Assembly: GCA_965223295.1 (NCBI GenBank)
Contig: CBDCWC010000002.1
Location: forward strand, 1,632,001-1,696,000
From: Nitrospirales bacterium
GTDB taxonomy: Bacteria > Nitrospirota > Nitrospiria > Nitrospirales > UBA8639
Length of the DNA stretch: 64,000 nucleotides
Reading direction: 5' to 3'
Both the position numbers and the translations under genes were made by a program. The stretch's first letter is position 1. Every line of letters begins with the position of its first letter. The notes under the pieces were generated by a model. The model saw only the letters and a list, made by a program, of their open reading frames with translations. It made no database searches and was not told the origin of the DNA. Positions 27,846 through 35,519 of this stretch are shown here, in pieces.

Positions 27846-28757
27846 TTAGAATTGTTCTCGTAAAGGGAGCGGCAATTCTTTGGGGAGTGGTTTCTTTTCA
27901 GGTTTTCTGACAAGATCAGGCCTCGCCTTTAAAATCCAGGAGATAGCTTGCTCGTTATAGCTTCTGAGTTGGCCGTAGACAATTGGGCGCATGCTATGTA
28001 CGGTCTCAATGTAATCATCAAAATTTTTTTGGGTAATTTCTTCTGGGGCCACCCGCAACAACGTAGGGAGCAAACAACTCTCACAGCCCGAGGCTTGTTC
28101 CTGGTAGGCCGGATACACACAATATTCCGCCAAATCCGGCCGATGGCATAAGATTCGCGCAAGTTGCTCGTAATTACGTTCTTTGTTCTTTTTCCCACTC
28201 ACGCTACAGATATCTTCGCCATAGAGATGAACCTTTTCCCACGTAATAGCGTAAGGAGCCTGTTGAAGGAGCGTATCTAGCAATGCCGTTTTGGCCCCCA
28301 ACAATTGTTCTTCAAACGCTGGCCCCACCACATACCTGGCCATGTCCGGACAGGCCCCTAGCAACTCTATCATCCAGTTAAAGCAGGCTTCTTGGGTATG
28401 CGGATCCAAGTAATCGAGGATGGTTTCAATCACGTTCATCTCTTCGCCCGTAATGAGAGTTTTCTCGCGTTGCATAATTTCTCGCGCTTTTCTGACACGC
28501 CGCCGCACGAGTTCAATGCTTGAACCACCATTCAGCATATGCGCGTTATCGTAGTCCCCACGTTTTTCTTCGTGGCTCAACACGGCATAGGCTTCATTGA
28601 TGCGAACCATGCGTTCTTTTGCGGCCTGCCGTTCATGTGGAGCAACCACATCCTCATGATTGCTTTTGACAAAGGTGCGCCACGCCGTCTGAATTTCCTT
28701 CAGCAGCGCATCTTCTGGCACACCTAAAATTTGGTAATAGTTGATGCCATCAATCAT
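27846..28757 (-). CDS. J-domain protein with non-canonical HED motif
   Basis: NYYQILGV..A...EI..AWR......HED.......INEAYAVLS....R..YD. Confidence 0.8.
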   Translation of the reverse strand: MIDGINYYQILGVPEDALLKEIQTAWRTFVKSNHEDVVAPHERQAAKERMVRINEAYAVLSHEEKRGDYDNAHMLNGGSSIELVRRRVRKAREIMQREKTLITGEEMNVIETILDYLDPHTQEACFNWMIELLGACPDMARYVVGPAFEEQLLGAKTALLDTLLQQAPYAITWEKVHLYGEDICSVSGKKNKERNYEQLARILCHRPDLAEYCVYPAYQEQASGCESCLLPTLLRVAPEEITQKNFDDYIETVHSMRPIVYGQLRSYNEQAISWILKARPDLVRKPEKKPLPKELPLPLREQF

Positions 28758-29044
28758 TCATTGAAACCTAGAAAAACAGATAAGTTATGAGCACATAACT
28801 ATCACAAATATATACTCGTTTCTCGTTTAGAAAAAATGCTGAATATACACACTCTACAGAACCCCGAACAAGACTGAAAAGGACATCACGCCGATATTAC
28901 GTTTTGGCAAGGAAATGCAAACGCTCTTCTGGCAATCACATGAAATAATCATTAGACTTGCACCTGCAAGGCCATGTTCTCTGATGAATAAAATTTTGAA
29001 TGTTAAGAAATCCACCGTATTATTCTGCTAACAAGGAGGAGAGA

Positions 29045-29575
29045 ATGGTTAACACACTGTGTGTCCGCAAGATGCTTGGGCTTATCACATGTTGTTCGGC
29101 TTTATTGATCACCAACGCAGCAACGGCTACTGAATTACCGAAAGAATCGGTGTTGCCGCTGGCTTTAGCAACAAAGGCCGCACAGACTGCAGTCGATCAG
29201 TGTTTGGCTGATGGGTACCGAGTGAGCGCAACCGTCGTCGATCAAGGAGGAAATATCCGTGCCCTGTTGCGGCAGGACGGCGCCGGACCACATACACCGG
29301 ACAGTAGCCGAAAGAAAGCCTATACGTCAGCCAGCCTGAGACAACCCACGGCCCAATTAGCCGAGCTAGTGGCGAAGATGCCAGCGGTTCAAGGCCTTCA
29401 GCATATGAACGAGAATATTCTCTTACTCGGTGGCGGGTTACCCATCAAGATGGGCAAAGAGGTTGTTGGTGGCATTGGCGTGGGCGGTGCACCAGGTGGA
29501 CATCTTGATGCGGCTTGCGCACAAGCTGGACTCACTAGCATTGGCGCCGTCCCACAGTTCGAAGCCAAAAAATAA
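29045..29575 (+). CDS. GlcG/HbpS-family heme-binding protein
   Basis: VSATVVD.GG, DGAG.HT, KKAYTS, GGGLPI....VVGGIGVGGAPGG..D..CA; signal peptide; AAGGAGG RBS. Confidence 0.9.
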   Translation: MVNTLCVRKMLGLITCCSALLITNAATATELPKESVLPLALATKAAQTAVDQCLADGYRVSATVVDQGGNIRALLRQDGAGPHTPDSSRKKAYTSASLRQPTAQLAELVAKMPAVQGLQHMNENILLLGGGLPIKMGKEVVGGIGVGGAPGGHLDAACAQAGLTSIGAVPQFEAKK

Positions 29576-29602
29576 TACACGCCTAGCACACAAATCCCTG
29601 TG

Positions 29603-30625
29603 CTACTTTTGCGTAATAATCACTCGTTGATTGGAACTGGGTACATCGACCATTTCACTTTGGCCAAATCCTGCATTCTGAAACATACGCTCGTAGTCGG
29701 GGAAGATATACGCATCGCCCGCCGGAGTGGTGGTTAACATGATTAAGCCAAACTCGGCCATTTCCGGCGGCGAAATCCGATCTTCATTCGGAACGAATTC
29801 CAATGTGATCATCTTGCCACCATCTGACAATGCTATATGAATGTTATTCAATAAGGCTTCACACGTTGCCACATCAAAGTGATGCAAGAAATTGGTAAGA
29901 AGCACCAGATCGTAGCCTCGCCCCAAGTCCACATCAAAGGCACTGCCTGGTAACGTTCTGAAGCGATCGCCGACCCCAGCGACGTCAGCTGTCTCTTGTG
30001 CCACTGCCAACACATTGGCCCAATCTTGGGCGGTGATCTCTACTTGAGCAATCTTCTTGGCAATCTCTACACCGAACAAACCATGGCCTGCTGCAATATC
30101 CAGAACTTTTTGAGTATGAGGCGCATGTTGACTCACCCAATTTGCAATCCACTCGGCAGGTCCCTTCATCAATGGCCCCATGGAACGCGCAAATGTGACC
30201 CACTCAGGATGCTCTCGAGCCGTCGTGCCTTCTTCACTCACCACGGTGCCACCTTTACGAACAGCACCGGTTAGGTTCTTCGCCCCCTCAACTAAAGGAG
30301 AAGACAACATAAATTCAAGCGCACCTCCTAAATAGGCAGGAGATTGTTTCGTGAGAAAGACCTCAGAGTCTGGCGTTAACGCATACGATTCCGATTGCTT
30401 CGTCAGAAAACCAGCAATCGTCAAATAATCAAGGAGCATCCTCATGCCACGAGGGGCGACTCCACATCGTGTCGCTAGCGATTCAGGCGTTCCCTTCCCT
30501 TCTCCAATACCGCTAAACACATCCAGCTCGATGGCCGACTTGAGCGCGGCCGTTCGCATATGGGCATTTGCCGTTTGAAAAAATAAGGCTGGTGAGGGAC
30601 TCTCAGATGGTGGTTGCGTCGTCAT
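29603..30625 (-). CDS. O-methyltransferase family (dimerisation + Methyltransf_2 domains)
   Basis: A.ELD.F..I...., VLDIAAGHGLFG, QDW, GSAF, NFLHHF. Confidence 0.88.
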   Translation of the reverse strand: MTTQPPSESPSPALFFQTANAHMRTAALKSAIELDVFSGIGEGKGTPESLATRCGVAPRGMRMLLDYLTIAGFLTKQSESYALTPDSEVFLTKQSPAYLGGALEFMLSSPLVEGAKNLTGAVRKGGTVVSEEGTTAREHPEWVTFARSMGPLMKGPAEWIANWVSQHAPHTQKVLDIAAGHGLFGVEIAKKIAQVEITAQDWANVLAVAQETADVAGVGDRFRTLPGSAFDVDLGRGYDLVLLTNFLHHFDVATCEALLNNIHIALSDGGKMITLEFVPNEDRISPPEMAEFGLIMLTTTPAGDAYIFPDYERMFQNAGFGQSEMVDVPSSNQRVIITQK

Positions 30626-30739
30626 CTTTGCAGTTCCTTTCTAGGATTAATAGTCATGCGCTACAGATACCACGACGAATAGGGTCGAAATAGACAACCG
30701 ACACGTTGACGACAAAAAAACTTCGGAAAGTCTTGATTC

Positions 30740-31087
30740 TTATCCATGGTAAAAATCTTCGCGAACGATTTGGTCACCTTTCCAGGTCTGCACGGCTACT
30801 TGCTTCATCTGCACTCGATTTCCATCTTTAAATGTCAGGTCAAAAGACCATTCCACTGCAGCATGACCGCCTTCTACGATGACTCGGCCAACCTTTGCGC
30901 CATGAAACTCCAGCACGTTGTCTAGATATTTGATTTCATATTCTCGATTGGTCGCCTTCCCGACTCGCGCATCTTCTCCATTTTCTGACATCACCACATC
31001 GTCGGCATAGTATCGCTCAAAGGTTTCTAAAATTCTTCCCGAGAGAACTCCATCAATAACCGCTTGAACCTGTGTGTGAATGCTCAT
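30740..31087 (-). CDS. SnoaL-like/NTF2-family protein
   Basis: FE.YYADDVVM.EN....R.GK..NR..E...QVAVQ.W....IV.E.FY. Confidence 0.82.
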   Translation of the reverse strand: MSIHTQVQAVIDGVLSGRILETFERYYADDVVMSENGEDARVGKATNREYEIKYLDNVLEFHGAKVGRVIVEGGHAAVEWSFDLTFKDGNRVQMKQVAVQTWKGDQIVREDFYHG

Positions 31088-31139
31088 CGCTTCAATCCTT
31101 TCAGTCCAATTGGTGACAAAAAAGATAATGTGGTAGGGC

Positions 31140-32078
31140 TCATAACGCTTCTCGACCATGAAAGGCGAGTAGGTCCTGCTCAGGTCCCAGGGGGACAATG
31201 CCTGTGGGATTAATATCATCATGCGTCACATAATAATGGCGCTTGATGTGATCAAAGTTGACCGTGTCTGCAATGCCTCCCTGCTGATAGAGATCCTTGA
31301 GGTAGGCAAAGAGATTGGGATAATCCACAAGCCGCCTAATATTGCATTTAAAATGTCCATGATAGACAGCATCAAATCGGATAAGAGTTACGAAGAATCG
31401 CCAATCCGTTTCAACGATTCGTTCTCCAAATAAATACCGCTGAATCGATAGTCGTTTTTCCATTTTGTCTAGTGCGGCAAAAACCTGCTTTACAGCCTGC
31501 TCATACGCCTTTTGCGACGTGGAAAATCCCGCTCGATAGACCCCATTGTTAACATGTTCATAAATAAAGTCATTCAATTCATCAATCTCTTGACGCAAAG
31601 TCAGCGGATACAAGGCGAGCTGACTTTCCGTGAATTGATCAAATGATTGATTAAACATCCGCATGATATCGTCATCAGAGTTACTGACTATTCGCCTGGT
31701 TTCAGTATCCCAAAGCACGGGGACGGTTACACGGGATCGAAAATCTGGATCGGTGGCACTGTAAGCCTCGCTCAGAAACGTGAATCCATTAACTGGGTCT
31801 TCGGTATGTCCAGACCCGTTTCGAAATGCCCAGCCGTGATCGTCACGAATAGGATCCACCACGGACATCCCCACGACATTCTCCAACCGCTTCAGCTTGC
31901 GAACAATAATCGTCCGATGGGCCCAGGGACAGGCCCATGAGACATACAGATGATAACGTCCTGTGGCCGCAGGGTAGTCTGAGCTGCCATCATTCGTCAC
32001 CCAATCCCGAAAGGCATCCTCTTGACGGTCATATTGCCCATCTTCTGTTTGTTCTTAAGGAAACTGAGCAGTCGTCAT
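31140..32078 (-). pseudogene. yqjG: Glutathionyl-hydroquinone reductase (GST omega, YqjG-like) with an in-frame stop at codon 8
   Basis: GRYHLYVS.ACPWAHR, TVPVLWD, NNGVYRAGF, RFD.VY..HFKCN, HIK.HYY. The ATG at 32078 overlaps the pirin stop and reads MTTAQFP*EQTEDGQYDRQEDAFRDWV, with TAA at 32057-32055. Confidence 0.8.
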
Positions 32079-32956
32079 GATGCAACCTGTTCTTGCCAAA
32101 TAAAGGTCCCCTGCCGTAAATCTTGTAAGGCCTGTTGAATTTCCTCTTGCGTATTCATCACAAACGGACCATACCGAGCTATCGGTTCGCCTAAAGGTTT
32201 GGCGGAAACCAGCAAAAAGCGGACAGCGTCTTCCCCTGTTTCAATTTTCACGGACTCCCCGTCTTCCCACACCACCAACTTTGTCTCAGCAATCCATGTT
32301 CCTTCCTGTTCCTCATGTTCTAGGAAGGCCGCCTTTCCTTCGAACACATAGGCAAAAGCCGTGTGTCCTTGCGGAATTGATTGAGTAAAAGAACTCTTTG
32401 GAGAGAGAGAGACATCCAAATAGGTTGGATTGGCCGCAATACCCGTCACCGCTCCACTCGTTTGTCCAACTTTTCCCGAAATTATTCGAATCTTGGCTCC
32501 GTCCTCAGTTGTCACTTCAGGAATATCATGCGAAAGAATATCTTGATATCGGGGTTGGCTCATCTTGAGTCGAGCCGGGAGATTGACCCAAAGTTGAAAG
32601 CCTTCATTACCCTCTGGACGGACCTGCGGCATTTCCTCGTGAAGGATTCCGCCTCCCGCCGTCATCCATTGCACATCTCCCGCGCCAATGCTTCCGGCAT
32701 TGCCTAAGGTGTCACGATGCTGCACTTCTCCAGTCAGCATATAGGTCACGGTTTCAATACCACGATGCGGATGCATAGGAAAGCCGGCTTGATAATCCTC
32801 AGCATTTGAGGACCCAAAGTGATCAAACAGGAGAAACGGATCGAGATAATTAAGCTCTTGCCCGCCAAGACTGCGTTTCAGTCTGACGCCCGCCCCTTCG
32901 ACTACAGGAGCCGGTTCAATAATGGTTTGTATTTTTCGTAATTGTGTATTCATCAT
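32075..32956 (-). CDS. Pirin-family protein
   Basis: EGAGV, DPFLLFDH, GFPMHPHRGIETVTY, VQWMTAGGGILHEE, FQLWVNLP, GPFVMNT. Confidence 0.93.
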   Translation of the reverse strand: MMNTQLRKIQTIIEPAPVVEGAGVRLKRSLGGQELNYLDPFLLFDHFGSSNAEDYQAGFPMHPHRGIETVTYMLTGEVQHRDTLGNAGSIGAGDVQWMTAGGGILHEEMPQVRPEGNEGFQLWVNLPARLKMSQPRYQDILSHDIPEVTTEDGAKIRIISGKVGQTSGAVTGIAANPTYLDVSLSPKSSFTQSIPQGHTAFAYVFEGKAAFLEHEEQEGTWIAETKLVVWEDGESVKIETGEDAVRFLLVSAKPLGEPIARYGPFVMNTQEEIQQALQDLRQGTFIWQEQVAS

Positions 32957-33020
32957 ATTCACCTGATCCTTTTTTATTTCAACTTTGAAGCTGATATCAC
33001 TGTATAAACTCAAATCTTTA

Positions 33021-33055
33021 CCCTCACCCTTGCCCTCTCCCTGACAGGGAGAGGG
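33021..33055. repeat. REP/BoxC-like palindrome
   Basis: CCCTCACCCTTG-CCCTCTCCCTG-a-CAGGGAGAGGG, the widespread CCCTCACCC..CCCTCTCCC..GGGAGAGGG layout. Confidence 0.75.
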
Positions 33056-33088
33056 AAAACTCACTAATTAATATCGAAAAAAGCATAT

Positions 33089-33508
33089 CTATGATATCTT
33101 CGATCCAAACGTGACTCCCGCATCTTGAACTTCCCGATAAGGCAGAAGCCAAACTAACGATTCATCGTGAAGGTCACCCACTTGAATTCGGTTACCCCAA
33201 GGATCGCGGAAATCACAACGAAAATCTGGATGGACTTCCAGGCCATACTTTTTGGTGATTTTCTGTCGCACGTCAACAATCTGCGCCTCATCACGGACCA
33301 TAATCCCAAAATGCTTAGTCCGATCAGGTTGCAGATCTTTCACCTCAAAAATGGCCAAAAACTGGTGTTCGCCAAGCTTACACCACGCCGCCCCTTCTCC
33401 ACCTCGCAACATTTCTAGATTAAAGACGTCCCTATAAAATTCAACGGCTTTCTCGGCATCGTCAACTTCGATGACCACGTGATTCACTCCATACACTTGA
33501 ACGGCCAT
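33089..33508 (-). CDS. VOC/glyoxalase-family protein
   Basis: NHV.IEV.D..KA..FY.DVF, HFGI.V, FRDPWGNRIQ; AGGAGG RBS. Confidence 0.9.
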   Translation of the reverse strand: MAVQVYGVNHVVIEVDDAEKAVEFYRDVFNLEMLRGGEGAAWCKLGEHQFLAIFEVKDLQPDRTKHFGIMVRDEAQIVDVRQKITKKYGLEVHPDFRCDFRDPWGNRIQVGDLHDESLVWLLPYREVQDAGVTFGSKIS

Positions 33509-33561
33509 GATGCTCCTCCTTTCCTCACGGTCAATTTTCGCATTTTGTTCCTTTGACTTGG

Positions 33562-34098
33562 CTAACCTTTTCGTCTGCCCTTTTTCTTAAATGATGCCTT
33601 TTTTTCAGAGAGTTGTGCTCCATCGCCACTTTCCCTTTTAGAAAAGACTATTTGGTCTTGAAAACTATCTCGCACTTGGCCAAACAACCGCTTAGCAACC
33701 TTTACTTCCGATCCAGGCAAGGCCCGTGCAAAAAAAGGACGCATAAACTCTGCATGCGCAGGAAATATCTGGTGGAAAAGGTCGCAACCTTTTGGTGTTA
33801 GCTGCACCCTCGTCGCTCGCCGATCTCCACCCACCGCCCCGCGCTGTATCAACCCTTTCTGCTCTAAACGATCCAAAACCCCCGTGAGCGTTCCCTTGGT
33901 TATTAACGCGCGTTCTGATAATTCCGCGCACGTCAGCCCCTCCGTCCCCTCTAATTCCGCAATGACATCAAATTGTCCGGGCGTGACACCCAATGAATGA
34001 ATATGTCGGCTGCCCACACGGTACAATGCCAAATACGCTTCGACCAGAGGCCTCAACACACTCAAATACGGGTCATCCTTAAAATCAGTGATTGGCAT
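33562..34098 (-). CDS. MarR-family transcriptional regulator (paralog B)
   Basis: KDDPYL..LRPLVEAY, LGVTPGQFDVIAEL, LTGVLDRLE.KGL, DRRATRV.LT.KG; CAGGAG RBS. Confidence 0.92.
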   Translation of the reverse strand: MPITDFKDDPYLSVLRPLVEAYLALYRVGSRHIHSLGVTPGQFDVIAELEGTEGLTCAELSERALITKGTLTGVLDRLEQKGLIQRGAVGGDRRATRVQLTPKGCDLFHQIFPAHAEFMRPFFARALPGSEVKVAKRLFGQVRDSFQDQIVFSKRESGDGAQLSEKKASFKKKGRRKG

Positions 34099-34115
34099 GT
34101 ATGCTCCTGAGATTT

Positions 34116-34175
34116 ACGACTTCTCACGACTTCTCACGACTTCTCACGACTTCTCACGACTTCTCACGACTTCTC
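34116..34175. repeat. Perfect tandem repeat (ACGACTTCTC)x6
   Basis: Six identical 10-bp units directly visible, between the marR B RBS and its promoter. Confidence 0.97.
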
Positions 34176-34185
34176 ATTATTGTCT

Positions 34186-34220
34186 TAACTAGTATAATAC
34201 TAATTAGTACATATAATCAA
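34186..34220 (-). promoter_or_regulatory. Sigma70-type promoter and palindromic operator for marR B
   Basis: Minus strand TTGATT-N18-TATACT; palindrome TAACTAGTAT-A-ATACTAATTA (34186-34206) overlaps the -10 box. Confidence 0.55.
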
Positions 34221-34435
34221 CCTCCTGACCCGTCTGAGTCAAAGTTACATGGACTGGCTTATAAATAGACTTATTTAAAAGAACACACGACCACTCTGAA
34301 GGTCCTTCACTGAAATCTACCTGAAGGCCCTTCCTATCTCTCTGTAGGGTTTACCCTCCACCATAACGATGGACCGGCGACACGTATTTTCAGTAAGCAT
34401 TTGTTTTATTTGTATTTTTTATTAGGTCGTCGAGT

Positions 34436-34451
34436 GGGAATACCATTTGCA
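34436..34451 (+). promoter_or_regulatory. Candidate sigma54 -24/-12 promoter
   Basis: GG(34437)-N10-GC(34449) in GGGAATACCATTTGCA, with paired upstream palindromes and an AT tract. Confidence 0.4.
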
Positions 34452-34495
34452 ATTCTGTTCTATTGGAAATTGCACTTAATCCCGAGCCACTTTGC

Positions 34496-34813
34496 ATGGG
34501 GAATTTCAAACAACTTAGCCTGTGGGTCATCGCCATTAGCCTTATGCCGTTTTTTCACGTTCTGGGCGAAGACCAAACATCGAAAGTTCCAGGATCGTCT
34601 ATAGATGCTGTATCAAGATCGACGGAATTATACAGACTGGAAGGGAACCTGTTGAAAGTCGAAGGAGAGTTTTGGATTTTGGAAGATCTGTTCGGCAATC
34701 AACATCGAATTCAAATTGGAGAAGAAACAAAACTACCTACATCTCCAAAGCAACCTGGAGATTCTATCTATGCTGTTGTCACAAAAAATAATCATGCGGA
34801 ATCTATTCAATAA
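34496..34813 (+). CDS. Small secreted hypothetical protein (OB-fold-like pattern)
   Basis: Signal peptide, then LEG.LLKVEGEFWILED..G....IQI...TK......PGDSI.A.V....HA.SI. Confidence 0.7.
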   Translation: MGNFKQLSLWVIAISLMPFFHVLGEDQTSKVPGSSIDAVSRSTELYRLEGNLLKVEGEFWILEDLFGNQHRIQIGEETKLPTSPKQPGDSIYAVVTKNNHAESIQ

Positions 34814-34951
34814 ATCTCTGGCTTTCTCCTTCGGCGGAGGGACTGGTTCTCGAGGAAACTCTAATTCCGACCGCACCCGGAGCTTGGTTTCCCCATCAGC
34901 CACCTTCCCAATGGTCCCTCCGCCACCAATTTGTTTGCGGACGAAACAACG

Positions 34952-35419
34952 ATGATGGACATTTTTAGCCTGGCACATCAATCAGCAAGCTCAACAACGA
35001 ATGCCATTCTCTCGCAAGGCCGAATTTTGCTTGTTGACGATGACGAACTCCACCGCTCCTGTTTAAAAGAATTTCTTGAACGACGCGGTTACATGTGTGA
35101 GGAAGCGGTAAATGGAGTTGAAGGCCTGAAAGTTTTACGGCAAGAATCGATAGTCATGATTATTACTGACAACAATATGCCAGAAATGGATGGGCTCACC
35201 TTTATTGAACATGTGAAGCAAGAATTCCCCAATGAAATTTTTCCTATTTTTCTCATGACGGCCGAAGTCTCAAAACTTGTCAGACTGCATGCGTATAAAC
35301 ATGGAGTCTACCGCGTGTTCGAAAAACCTCTAGATTTCCAAGAGCTCTGCTATGCAGTCGATTGGGTGAGAAAATTTGATCTACCGTCTTCGTCCCAAGT
35401 GAAAATGTCGGTTTCCTAA
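34952..35419 (+). CDS. Single-domain response regulator
   Basis: ILLVDDD, EAVNG.EGL, ITDNNMPEMDG, MTA, FEKP. Confidence 0.88.
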   Translation: MMDIFSLAHQSASSTTNAILSQGRILLVDDDELHRSCLKEFLERRGYMCEEAVNGVEGLKVLRQESIVMIITDNNMPEMDGLTFIEHVKQEFPNEIFPIFLMTAEVSKLVRLHAYKHGVYRVFEKPLDFQELCYAVDWVRKFDLPSSSQVKMSVS

Positions 35420-35519
35420 GCCATTTAGACTTCCCTACCACTCATCGAGACACATATGTCACGCTCCATCGAGAGCATCGGGACTGTTATATAGCCATTC
35501 TCTCTTTACTCGTTGTTCA

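Noticed and set aside
28904-28920. Sigma54 promoter TGGCAAGGAAATGCA upstream of the GlcG/HbpS gene
   Set aside because: GG-to-GC spacing is 9 rather than the required 10.
34116-34175. Tandem repeat as a CRISPR array
   Set aside because: The units are 10 bp, contiguous and have no spacers; there are no cas genes in the window.
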